DNA of 35,939 bases, from the IMG/VR virus record IMGVR_UViG_3300020044_006332, positions 1 through 35,939 of that record. The stretch is one strand, 5' to 3'. A program made the position numbers and the translations under genes. This stretch comes from a virus. Lineage: Duplodnaviria; Caudoviricetes. This document shows, piece by piece, positions 26,023-33,948 of this stretch (positions are counted from its first letter, which is position 1; every line of letters begins with the position of its first letter). Below the pieces are notes generated by a model. It had not been told where the DNA came from and did not search any database. It saw only the letters and a program-made list of their open reading frames with translations.

Positions 26023-26306
26023 CAGAAAAGGTCGGGTGATTGGATTGTTTTAGGTGTGCCATTCTGATCGCAATGAATCCTCGGGAGTCTGCTCACTAGC
26101 CAAGACAATACGATTTGAGCGCCTTCTCCTCCTTCCGTCATTTTTTCAATCGCCTCATCAGTTAAATCACCGCGAAGCGCCATCGTTGCAAACGTGAAGG
26201 CTTCATTGAGTTCTTTCTCCGAAAGGTATTCGTGAATGCCAATCTCAGCGGCTTTTTTGATCAGTGCCGGTTCACTCACCCAATTCTTGACGAGATTCGA
26301 ACTCAT
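26022..26306 (-). CDS. Hypothetical protein (94 aa), lower GC
   Basis: Start MSSNLVKNW overlaps the helicase stop (ATGA). Confidence 0.6.
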   Translation of the reverse strand: MSSNLVKNWVSEPALIKKAAEIGIHEYLSEKELNEAFTFATMALRGDLTDEAIEKMTEGGEGAQIVLSWLVSRLPRIHCDQNGTPKTIQSPDLF

Positions 26307-27682
26307 ACCCGCACCCCCTTCCGCGAGTTCCACACGTGCTTCGCCCAGACATCCGGCGAGCGGTACCCCCGCGCCCGTCCCAGAGCGATCAGGTCGTCGA
26401 GCGTCTGCGCCGATCCCTGCTCCTGGCGCTTCTGGCGGGCGATCTCCTTCGGGTCGATCTGCACCAGCTCGCCCTCGGCCTGCTCGATCTCGCGCTCCTT
26501 GCGAGGATACTCGAACCCGCACTCTGGGCAGACCGGCGCTGGCGGGTGGCAGCAGTAGCAGTCCGGGCACTGCCGCTGCTGGATCTCCTCCTCGTCGCTA
26601 GCCTTGCGCTTCTTCTTCTTCCGGCCCTCCAGCGTCCAGTCGCGGACGTCTTCCGCGAACCCGTGCCGGGACAGGTTGCCCACGTGGTCGAGGATGATGG
26701 CTTTCGCCTTCCCCGGAGCCGGCCGCAGCACCCGGCCGATCTGCTGGAGGTGCAGCCCGAGGCTCTTCGTCGGCCGGAGCAGGATCGCAGCCGTCACCAG
26801 CGGCAGGTCGAAACCCTCGTTGATGATCTCGCAGGATGTCAGCACGTGCAGGCGGCCGTCACCGAGCGCTCGCACGACTTCCCGGCGTGACTCGCGGTCC
26901 ATCGTGCCGTCGATTGTTGCGGCCCGGTATCCCGCGGCCTGGAACTGCTCGGCGACGTGCTGCGCGTGTTTGACGGAGCAGCAGAACGCCACGGCCGGCG
27001 CGCCCCGGCAGATCCGGGAATAATGCTCGACCGCGTCTCCGGTGATCGTCGGGCGGTCCATCTCGGCAGCCAGCTCGTCCTGGGCGAAGTCCCCGCCGCG
27101 AGTGCCGATGTGGGACAGGTCGGCGACGACAGGTGGCGCGAAATAGACGGGCGGTGCCAGGTGGCCACCCTCGATCAGGTCGGCGACTTCCGGCCCGCGG
27201 ATCAGGTCGTCGAACACGTCCTTGAGGCCTTTGCCGTCGAGCCGCTGCGGCGTGGCCGTCACGCCAAGCACGCGGGCTTGCGGGTGATGCTGGATCACCT
27301 TCCGCCACGATCCAGCCGTCGCATGGTGCGCCTCGTCCGCGATGATCAGCGCGGGCTTGAACGAGTCGAGGCGGCGAACGTAGGTCTGGACGCTGGCCAC
27401 CTGCACAGCGTGCGATCGGTCAGGCGTCCGGCCGGCGGCGATCACGCCATGATCGACGCCAAAAGCGCGGAGCGTCCGGCAGGTCTGATCGACAAGCTCC
27501 TGCCGGTGGACGAGGATGACGACGGAGTTTCCCTTCGCGCTGGTGCCCTGCGCGATGTAGGCGAACAGCACGGTCTTGCCCGAGCCGGTCGGACTGACGA
27601 CGAGCGGCGACCGCTTGCCGGATCGGTAGGATCCGCGCACGCCATCGACGAGGTCGAGCTGGTAGTCTCGGAGGGCGATCAT
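26303..27682 (-). CDS. Superfamily 2 DEAD/DEAH helicase with C-terminal Zn ribbon
   Basis: LRDYQ, SPTGSGKT, DEAHH, TATP, EGFD and QQIGRVLR motifs; CPDC..CPECG. Confidence 0.95.
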   Translation of the reverse strand: MIALRDYQLDLVDGVRGSYRSGKRSPLVVSPTGSGKTVLFAYIAQGTSAKGNSVVILVHRQELVDQTCRTLRAFGVDHGVIAAGRTPDRSHAVQVASVQTYVRRLDSFKPALIIADEAHHATAGSWRKVIQHHPQARVLGVTATPQRLDGKGLKDVFDDLIRGPEVADLIEGGHLAPPVYFAPPVVADLSHIGTRGGDFAQDELAAEMDRPTITGDAVEHYSRICRGAPAVAFCCSVKHAQHVAEQFQAAGYRAATIDGTMDRESRREVVRALGDGRLHVLTSCEIINEGFDLPLVTAAILLRPTKSLGLHLQQIGRVLRPAPGKAKAIILDHVGNLSRHGFAEDVRDWTLEGRKKKKRKASDEEEIQQRQCPDCYCCHPPAPVCPECGFEYPRKEREIEQAEGELVQIDPKEIARQKRQEQGSAQTLDDLIALGRARGYRSPDVWAKHVWNSRKGVRV

Positions 27683-27939
27683 GTGTGCTCTCCTCCAAGG
27701 TTAACGCTCCACTCTTCCTGCTCGACGATCTGCTCGAACCCGGACACGAACCCGAGCGACTGGATACGGTGGTCGGTCGGCATCTGCGGCCCGGTCGACT
27801 CGATCTCGCGAGCCTGCTCGAGCGAGTGCTTCGGATACTTCCGCAGCAAGTGCCGGTCGGACTCGGTGAGTCCAGGCGCACGATCGCGGAGCAGTCGGGC
27901 GGCGGCCTGTTTGGCCAGTTGTAGCTCTCGGTCGTTCAT
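27679..27939 (-). CDS. Hypothetical protein (86 aa)
   Basis: MNDRELQLAKQ; ATGA overlaps at both ends. Confidence 0.6.
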   Translation of the reverse strand: MNDRELQLAKQAAARLLRDRAPGLTESDRHLLRKYPKHSLEQAREIESTGPQMPTDHRIQSLGFVSGFEQIVEQEEWSVNLGGEHT

Positions 27940-28115
27940 GGCTTCTCGATGCTGAGGAGGATGCAGCGGATCCGTTCCACGCTCGCGGCACGTGGACGGA
28001 AGCGTCCCGTCTTCCATCGCCAGAACGTGGCGCGGTTAACTCCGGCGAGGATAAGGACTCCGCTGATGCTGTGGCCTGCGGCCTTTGCTCGGGATTCGAT
28101 TTCGGTTGTGGTCAT
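27936..28115 (-). CDS. Cro-like HTH protein (59 aa; not in the ORF track)
   Basis: Manual translation MTTTEIESRAKAAGHSISGVLILAGVNRATFWRWKTGRFRPRAASVERIRCILLSIEKP; ATGA overlaps at both ends. Confidence 0.75.
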   Translation of the reverse strand: MTTTEIESRAKAAGHSISGVLILAGVNRATFWRWKTGRFRPRAASVERIRCILLSIEKP

Positions 28116-28339
28116 GGTGTCAGTTCTGGATGGCGGTTGCGGATAAGCACGGTGAATGCGGCTTCGTGGTAGCTGCGGTCGTTTGCTGCTGCGATGATCC
28201 GAAGCGTCTCGGCGTAGGCGTCGCGCTGGCGTTCGAGCTGCTCGGAAACGTCAACATCCACGACGTAGCGCGGCAGCGACGGGTCGAGATGATTCACGCG
28301 GCGTGCTGCGGTGCTTTCCGGCGTTGGTCGGTCGCTCAT
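28112..28339 (-). CDS. Hypothetical protein (75 aa)
   Basis: MSDRPTPES...SEQLERQRD; coupled to its neighbours. Confidence 0.6.
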   Translation of the reverse strand: MSDRPTPESTAARRVNHLDPSLPRYVVDVDVSEQLERQRDAYAETLRIIAAANDRSYHEAAFTVLIRNRHPELTP

Positions 28340-28455
28340 GGTGTCGTTACGGTTTGCGCCGGCCCGCGAACATCGGCCTCGCCGGGTCCGGGGTTGAGGT
28401 GGTTGATTGCGACGAGCGCAGCGTAGAGCGCGGCAGCGAGGATGAGGAGTTTCAT
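28336..28455 (-). CDS. Small membrane-anchored peptide (39 aa)
   Basis: MKLLILAAALYAALVAINHL hydrophobic N-terminus; ATGA overlap with the next gene. Confidence 0.5.
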   Translation of the reverse strand: MKLLILAAALYAALVAINHLNPGPGEADVRGPAQTVTTP

Positions 28456-28459
28456 GGTG

Positions 28460-28903
28460 TCAGGCGGTAGGAGTGAGGAGCCAAGAGGCGCGGGAGAGCT
28501 GCGACAGCATCTTGCCAATCGGCAGACCAGCCAGCGGGGCGTCGACTGGCCGGCGAAGGAGCGAGGCGGCGGCGTCGGAGTAGAGGCGGCTGCCGAGGAC
28601 GGTGATCGAGTCGGCGCTCATCAGTCGGCCATACTGACGATCTGACAGCATCCCGAAGCATTCGTCCCACACGGTCTCCGGGGTCACCGGCTGCATTTTG
28701 GCCTCGTAGTTCTCGATCAATGTCGAGGGCCAGAGGAACCCGTAGTGGCCCGAAAGGATGCACCACTTGGCCTTGGATCGCTCCAGGTGATGGCGGGCGA
28801 TGCGGAAGGCTTGGCCGGTGTAGGCGTCGCGTGCAGGCATCGGCCCGGCGGCGAGCGTGCGGGCCTTGGTGGCCGAGCATGGCAGGATGTAGATCGTGCT
28901 CAT
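28460..28903 (-). CDS. DUF6884-like protein (147 aa)
   Basis: ILPCSATK...PARDAYTGQAF...W.ILSGHYG......IENYE motif set. Confidence 0.75.
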   Translation of the reverse strand: MSTIYILPCSATKARTLAAGPMPARDAYTGQAFRIARHHLERSKAKWCILSGHYGFLWPSTLIENYEAKMQPVTPETVWDECFGMLSDRQYGRLMSADSITVLGSRLYSDAAASLLRRPVDAPLAGLPIGKMLSQLSRASWLLTPTA

Positions 28904-29049
28904 CGGGTGGCGTAGTATCGGAGTTCAGCGCGGGCGTTGAGTGCCAGCTGGACGTGCCAGAGGCGGGCGACTTTGAGTCCGTGGCGTTTCGCGTGCCGCG
29001 CCAGTGCGCGGCGGCCTCGGAGTTCTTCGTGGAGTTCGTGGATGGTCAT
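28900..29049 (-). CDS. Small basic protein (49 aa; not in the ORF track)
   Basis: Manual translation MTIHELHEELRGRRALARHAKRHGLKVARLWHVQLALNARAELRYYATR; first gene after a putative promoter; ATGA overlap. Confidence 0.6.
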   Translation of the reverse strand: MTIHELHEELRGRRALARHAKRHGLKVARLWHVQLALNARAELRYYATR

Positions 29050-29111
29050 GTTGGTTGGTGTCGGTTGACGGCGTGACTATGGGCGTCCGTTGCACAACTG
29101 CAACAAAAAAA
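29050..29111 (-). promoter_or_regulatory. Putative early promoter/operator and leader
   Basis: TTGCAG(29103-29098)-N16-CATAGT(29081-29076); inverted repeat GTTGCA-N4-TGCAAC at 29089-29104. Confidence 0.6.
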
Positions 29112-29144
29112 GCCCGCCCGCGAAAAATAATCCACGGGCGGGTT
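29105..29144 (-). terminator. Rho-independent terminator abutting the next promoter
   Basis: CCCGCCCG/CGGGCGGG stem followed by a T7 run on the minus strand. Confidence 0.7.
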
Positions 29145-29148
29145 GGGA

Positions 29149-29421
29149 TCAGGCTCGGGCTGCCGCATCAACCCGCCGTCCACCTTCCGGCGTCAGCCGC
29201 CAGAATGGCCAGCCGTTGCGGTTGTCCTCGGGCCTGACGAGTCCCTTGTTCTTCAGGACAGCCACGACGGCCATTGGGTCTTTGCTGCAATGGTCCAGCG
29301 CGGCCTTGATGTCCGGTGACTGCGCCGTGCCGTCCATCTCAGCGATCACGCCGAGCGCGATCGCTTCCCGTGCGCCGACGCCGGCCGCTGCGAGCATTCT
29401 TCCGGCTTCGATGAGTGTCAT
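29149..29421 (-). CDS. Winged-helix DNA-binding protein (90 aa)
   Basis: VLKNKGLV........WRLTPEG wing motif; start set at MTLIEAGR. Confidence 0.65.
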   Translation of the reverse strand: MTLIEAGRMLAAAGVGAREAIALGVIAEMDGTAQSPDIKAALDHCSKDPMAVVAVLKNKGLVRPEDNRNGWPFWRLTPEGGRRVDAAARA

Positions 29422-29630
29422 GGCCTGGTGCGCGAGCGGTTGAGGTGGCGGCGACGGTCGGAGAGTTCCTGCGCCGCGTGGTTCAGCGCCTGGACGCCGA
29501 GGACAGCCAGCACGAGCGACAGCCACGACGGGCCGGTGGCGAACGCTGCACCGATCAGCACGACGGCCGTGAACAGGAAGATCCGGGCGAAGCGCAGGCA
29601 GAGCTTGGCTTTGATTTGGGATGTGTTCAT
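29418..29630 (-). CDS. Small membrane protein (two hydrophobic segments)
   Basis: IFLFTAVVLIGAAFA and WLSLVLAVLGV. Confidence 0.6.
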   Translation of the reverse strand: MNTSQIKAKLCLRFARIFLFTAVVLIGAAFATGPSWLSLVLAVLGVQALNHAAQELSDRRRHLNRSRTRP

Positions 29631-30514
29631 CAGCGTTTGACCTTCAGGTTCCGAAACACGCGCAAACCCGCCACTTCCGGCAGCTTGCCGTTGCGCTCGA
29701 ACGACTTCTTCAGCGCAGCCAGCACCTCGGCCCGTTTCGGCTCGATCCGGCAGAGCTGCGGGAACTTCGCCACGAACGCGAGGATGTCCTCGACCTCGAA
29801 GTCGATCTCTTCCCGGACGCCGGCCGGTGCCGGTGCGGCCACAGCGGCGGCGGCAGCGATCCGGGCGGCCTCTTCGCGCTCGCGTGCGGCGGCTGCGTCG
29901 GCTTCAGCCTGGCGGCGGGCAGACTCGGCCCGTGCCTCGGCTTCGCGCTGTGCTGCCAGTGCCTTCTCCTGCGCCACGCGAGCGGCTCGTTGGCCCTCCT
30001 CCGATTGCGCGGCCTCGGCTTTCAGTCGGGCGATCTCTGCTTCATGCGCGGCACGCTCGGCAGCTTGCCGTTCCCGCTCGATCCGTGCGGCTTCTCGCTG
30101 AGCTGCCATCTCGGCTTCGTGGCGCTCTTTCTCCACACGCTGGCGCTCCTGCTCGGCAGCGAGTTCGGCCTCGCGCTTGATGCGCTGTTGCTCACGGGCG
30201 TATTCAGTGACCAGCCCGGACAGGCGGGCCTCTTCGGCGACGACATCGGCCACGAAGTCGGCAGCGATGCCGTCGATGCGTTTTCCCAGGTCGATGACCG
30301 GAGCCTTCACGATCTTGCGGCTGCTCTCGACCGCAGTGCGGACGCTGGCGAGGCTGCGGAGCCGGGACTGCGCGATGTCGCAGGAGTCGGGATCCGTGAC
30401 GGCCACGACGGCGCGAGCTGCTGACAGGATCGTGGCCTTCTGCTTCTCAGCTTCCGGCGTGATCTGGATTTGGTAGCCATCTCCGAGGATGGCAAGTGCG
30501 GTGGTGGTGCTCAT
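29630..30514 (-). CDS. Coiled-coil protein of the recombination module (294 aa)
   Basis: VESSRKIVKAPVIDLGKRID, long Glu/Ala/Arg helix, VAGLRVF C-terminus. Confidence 0.7.
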   Translation of the reverse strand: MSTTTALAILGDGYQIQITPEAEKQKATILSAARAVVAVTDPDSCDIAQSRLRSLASVRTAVESSRKIVKAPVIDLGKRIDGIAADFVADVVAEEARLSGLVTEYAREQQRIKREAELAAEQERQRVEKERHEAEMAAQREAARIERERQAAERAAHEAEIARLKAEAAQSEEGQRAARVAQEKALAAQREAEARAESARRQAEADAAAAREREEAARIAAAAAVAAPAPAGVREEIDFEVEDILAFVAKFPQLCRIEPKRAEVLAALKKSFERNGKLPEVAGLRVFRNLKVKR

Positions 30515-30678
30515 GGTTGGTCGGTGGTTGCAAGTGGGAGTTCAGGATGGCCGGCCAGTGGGTCGGCTTCGATCTCGGGTTGGGTTTCAAACGATGCTTC
30601 GAGCAGCGTCGTGAGTTCGGCGAGCGACTCGATGATGTCATCGAGCTTCTCGATCAGTGCTTTCTGTGCGGTTGTCAT
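30511..30678 (-). CDS. Small acidic protein (55 aa; not in the ORF track)
   Basis: Manual translation MTTAQKALIEKLDDIIESLAELTTLLEASF...; C/A-rich leader; ATGA overlap. Confidence 0.55.
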   Translation of the reverse strand: MTTAQKALIEKLDDIIESLAELTTLLEASFETQPEIEADPLAGHPELPLATTDQP

Positions 30679-30734
30679 GGTTGGTGTCGATTGGAATTGT
30701 TCCGCGTGTAGGATGCGCGGCCCCCGGCACTATT

Positions 30735-31523
30735 TCAGCCGAAGATGTCGCCGTCGTCAGTGGCAGGCTGCGCGTCCTTACGCGCTGCATCCCGCTCCTG
30801 CGTGTTCTCAGCAGCCTTGCGTGCCTGCTCGACGTATGGGTCAGGCTGCGCCTCAGCCTTCACCGCCTTCGCCTTCTTGGCCGGTGGCAGCACCTCCACC
30901 TCGGCAGCCGGTGCCTGTGCGTCGTCGAGGATCGTTGACTCGGTGCGGGCCGTGACGTTGCGCGGGCCGGATCCGATGTCCTCCACCTCCTCGGTGGCGT
31001 GCATCCCGTTGAGGACATCCGGCGCGTAGAGTCGCCCGAAGAACGCGGCGGCGCGGTAGCGGAGCATCAACTCAGGCATCGTCTTCCACTTGCTGCCGTT
31101 CTTCGCAAACCATCCCTCGGCCTTCGCCATCGCGATCGACGCCGGCGGGCCTTCCAGCCGCTCGCCGGTCTTGTCAGTCGTCCAGGCGATGCAGCTGCGG
31201 TCGTCGCCTTCGCCGGTCACCTCGAAGCGAACCGGCGCGAACCGGCCGCAGGAGTTCAGGGCGGCGATGATGAACGTCGAGGACCAGCTCGGCCGGCCGT
31301 GGATGATGTTCAAATTCTGCATGACGGCGAGCGGTGACGCTCCGATCCGCTGCGCCATCTCAAGCGCGACGATGGCGTTTCCGATGTTGTCCTTCCCGCG
31401 ATACTGCTCGGGGACGATGTTCGAGCTGACGAGCGCAAGCGCCATGCGCTGGGCGGACTCGAAGGATGCGGCGTTGGAGAACGCGGTGATGCTCTGCGTG
31501 GTGGTGGTGATGTCGGTTGTCAT
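30735..31523 (-). CDS. recT: RecT-like single-strand annealing protein (262 aa)
   Basis: ALEMAQRIGASPLAVMQNL..IHGRP and WKTMPELMLRYRAA.FF.R...PDVL.G motifs; next to a RecE-like gene. Confidence 0.8.
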   Translation of the reverse strand: MTTDITTTTQSITAFSNAASFESAQRMALALVSSNIVPEQYRGKDNIGNAIVALEMAQRIGASPLAVMQNLNIIHGRPSWSSTFIIAALNSCGRFAPVRFEVTGEGDDRSCIAWTTDKTGERLEGPPASIAMAKAEGWFAKNGSKWKTMPELMLRYRAAAFFGRLYAPDVLNGMHATEEVEDIGSGPRNVTARTESTILDDAQAPAAEVEVLPPAKKAKAVKAEAQPDPYVEQARKAAENTQERDAARKDAQPATDDGDIFG

Positions 31524-31560
31524 GGTGTTCTTGGTTGGTGCTGTTGCGTTGGGGAGAAAA

Positions 31561-32358
31561 TCAGGCCCATTTCGGGAGGTCAATAGTCAAAGGCGCGTCC
31601 GAGTAACCCGGCCAGGTGCCGGACTCCTGACAGCATCGGAACGTGTCGAGATCCGTCTGGTAATCCACGCGGCCGCGCTGGGTCATCGCCTCGCTTGCGA
31701 CGTAGACCGCCACCAGGTAAGGCGGCTCCGTCTCAACGGCGATGAACACGAACCCTCGCGGAGCCTCGCCGAACGCGGCCCGGTAGCCGTCGCTGTAGAA
31801 CGCGGCCTGCACGTGGTAGCGATAAGCTTGGATTGACTTAGCAAAGCCTTCCGGCGAGGCGTCGCGGGTGGTCTTGAGGTCCACGATGACTCCGCGCTCG
31901 GTGACGGCATCCGGCCGGCACCTGCACGCGATGCCGTCCGCGTCCCAGAAGATTGACTGTTCGATCGTGGGTCGGCCTGCCAGTGCCTTGGCGGCGGCAG
32001 GGTGGTTGTGGACGGCCTGCTGGATCTGGCAGAGCTTACTCATCTCCTCGCCGGTCACGATCTCCTTGCCCTCGGCCTGCACCTCGAACTCGGCCCATGC
32101 GAGCTTGCCTGCGCTGGTGCGGCGGTCAATGCCTTCGGGTCGGACGGTGGCCGATGCGCGGAACAGTTGCGGCTCCAGCACGACGGTGTGCGTGAGCGAT
32201 CCCAGCCGCATGGCCGGCGTCTGCTCGGTGGGGTTGTCGCGCCGGTAGGCGTAGAGCGCGGGAGCCTTGCGGATTAGGTCCAGCCCGCTTTTCGAGATAG
32301 CAGGGCTGGCGTGGTATTCGGCATTGGTCAGGTCGTGCCTGATGGTTGGTGCGGTCAT
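31561..32358 (-). CDS. RecE / exonuclease VIII-like PD-(D/E)xK nuclease (DUF3799-like)
   Basis: YHASPAISKSGL, CRCRPD, IVDLKTT, YHVQAAFY and FVFIAVE motifs. Confidence 0.9.
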   Translation of the reverse strand: MTAPTIRHDLTNAEYHASPAISKSGLDLIRKAPALYAYRRDNPTEQTPAMRLGSLTHTVVLEPQLFRASATVRPEGIDRRTSAGKLAWAEFEVQAEGKEIVTGEEMSKLCQIQQAVHNHPAAAKALAGRPTIEQSIFWDADGIACRCRPDAVTERGVIVDLKTTRDASPEGFAKSIQAYRYHVQAAFYSDGYRAAFGEAPRGFVFIAVETEPPYLVAVYVASEAMTQRGRVDYQTDLDTFRCCQESGTWPGYSDAPLTIDLPKWA

Positions 32359-32408
32359 GGTTGGAAAGGGTAGAGCGCCGGGGATTGAACCCGGCGCGGT
32401 GAGGTGGG

Positions 32409-32687
32409 TTAGGCGGGGTCAAAGCAAGCGGCGACACGCTCAAACGATTTGTCCTTGGGGTGGATTCCGCGTGCGACAAGCTCACCTTCAATCGCGTCGA
32501 TTCCGAATCCTTCGCGGAGCTGGAGTTGCAGCGTGTCGTAATCGTCGAAGCTCATGCCGAATGGCTTGTCCTCCTTTGAGTTGAAGTAGCTGCGCCAAGC
32601 GTGGGCGCGGGCGGAAAGAAGCTCATCCTTGGTGGCTTCGGTGATGGGCTTGCGGTCGCGGTTGACGATGAGGTTGGTGGCGGTCAT
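32409..32687 (-). CDS. Hypothetical protein (92 aa), first gene of the early operon
   Basis: Clean ORF after a putative promoter, with a C/A-rich leader. Confidence 0.65.
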   Translation of the reverse strand: MTATNLIVNRDRKPITEATKDELLSARAHAWRSYFNSKEDKPFGMSFDDYDTLQLQLREGFGIDAIEGELVARGIHPKDKSFERVAACFDPA

Positions 32688-32750
32688 TGGTGTCGTTGGT
32701 TGGAACGACGCGAACCTACCCTGCCCGCAGCGAAGTGCAACAGAAAAAAA
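32688..32750 (-). promoter_or_regulatory. Putative early promoter and leader
   Basis: T-run, then TGTTGCACTT; TTGCAC(32740-32735)-N16-TAGGTT(32718-32713); same layout as the sites at 14563 and 29050. Confidence 0.6.
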
Positions 32751-32761
32751 CTCCCTCCCTC

Positions 32762-32796
32762 AAAATAAATCCGCCGCCCATTTCTGAGCGGCGGAT
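32762..32796 (-). terminator. Terminator ending the late/lysis operon
   Basis: ATCCGCCGC/GCGGCGGAT stem followed by TTATTTT on the minus strand. Confidence 0.75.
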
Positions 32797-32938
32797 CGTG
32801 ACACACAAACACTACCCCGGAAAATGAGATGCCCCGCCCCCATCGCTGCGGCGCGAGCCGGTCACGGCGTAGAGGACGGAGCTGGCACCAACCAAGGAAC
32901 CGAGGACAGGGTCTCACGCCATGCCAGATTGTCCAGCC

Positions 32939-33271
32939 CTACTTCTTGAGCGCCGCCTTCACTTCGCCGAGGATCTCCGACGCATTCCGCAGCACGTTTG
33001 AGTTCTGCTCGACGACGGTGATCAGGCTCTTCCGATCGGCGTCCCGCTCGTCCTCGCGCTTGTCGGCTTTCGCCTCGGCCTTGTCCAAGCGTTTCGACAT
33101 CCACCACAGCCCGAGTGCAAGTCCGATCAGCGCCCCGAATGGCCCTTGGAGCTGCTGGATCCAGTCCGGTGCGGGAACCTGCGAGAGCATGTCAGGCAGT
33201 GCCTGGGAGCCGACGATGCCAGCCACGATTGCGGTCAGGCCCGAGATAGCGTGTTCGATAGATGCGTGCAT
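32939..33271 (-). CDS. Holin-like membrane protein (110 aa)
   Basis: Hydrophobic segments (AISGLTAIVAGIVG; GPFGALIGLALGLWW) plus a charged coiled tail; adjacent to the endolysin. Confidence 0.6.
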   Translation of the reverse strand: MHASIEHAISGLTAIVAGIVGSQALPDMLSQVPAPDWIQQLQGPFGALIGLALGLWWMSKRLDKAEAKADKREDERDADRKSLITVVEQNSNVLRNASEILGEVKAALKK

Positions 33272-33276
33272 GAAAA

Positions 33277-33948
33277 TTACATTCTGGTCGCTTGGAAGTG
33301 CATGGCGTCGCGCCCCCAGAATGCTCCTGCGGGAGTCCAGCCCTCGCGTGCGAAAGCCTCCATCACTTCAAACGGCATATCCGCCGATGTCGGCCACGAC
33401 TGAGAGAGTCGGTTGGTATCCGGCGCGAGGTCGATTGCCGCGCCGCGAGCGTGGAGGCTCGGCAGCGATCCGCCGCGCATCGGGCGGTTGTTGTAGACAC
33501 CTGCGTATTGCGCGAGGATGTCGGGGTGGGACTTTGCCAGCACCGTCAGCACGCGCTTGAGGCTGTCAGCGACGCGGTCGTGGCAGCGGATGCTCTTAAC
33601 CGGCTTGCCGTCGTAGCGCAGGCCCAGCCCCTCGACGTTGACGCTCACCAGCCGGGACTCATCACCGGGCGAGCCGTAGAAGCCCTGTAGCGCCTCCTGC
33701 GACGTTCCCGGCCAGTTGGACTCGGCAGGTGCGAGAGCGCGCAGGTAAGCCTGGCAGGCGGCGATCGATCGCGGCCCCCAGAATCCGTCCACGGTCGCGC
33801 CGATTTTCGCCTGGATTTTTTTGATGCGGTCGCGTGTCATGATCTCCTGAGGGGTGAGGTAGCGGATGATGAGTGTTGGTTCGCGAGGGATGATGGCATC
33901 GCCAATCCGCCCGACAAACCAGTGGGCGAACTCGACGATCAGGTTCAT
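33277..33948 (-). CDS. Endolysin: peptidoglycan-binding segment + M15 zinc peptidase
   Basis: IQAKIGATVDGFWGPRS; YNNRPMRGG..PSLHARGAAID (SxHxxGxAxD); DAMHFQ. Confidence 0.9.
   Translation of the reverse strand: MNLIVEFAHWFVGRIGDAIIPREPTLIIRYLTPQEIMTRDRIKKIQAKIGATVDGFWGPRSIAACQAYLRALAPAESNWPGTSQEALQGFYGSPGDESRLVSVNVEGLGLRYDGKPVKSIRCHDRVADSLKRVLTVLAKSHPDILAQYAGVYNNRPMRGGSLPSLHARGAAIDLAPDTNRLSQSWPTSADMPFEVMEAFAREGWTPAGAFWGRDAMHFQATRM
33810..33948. repeat. Direct repeat, copy 2; matches 1-139
   Basis: 105 bp identical, then 30/34 identical; sequences diverge beyond 33948. Confidence 0.97.

Noticed and set aside
32330-32410. Complete tRNA gene
   Set aside because: Only a T-arm-like hairpin is present; no cloverleaf can be built in the 50-bp intergenic space.
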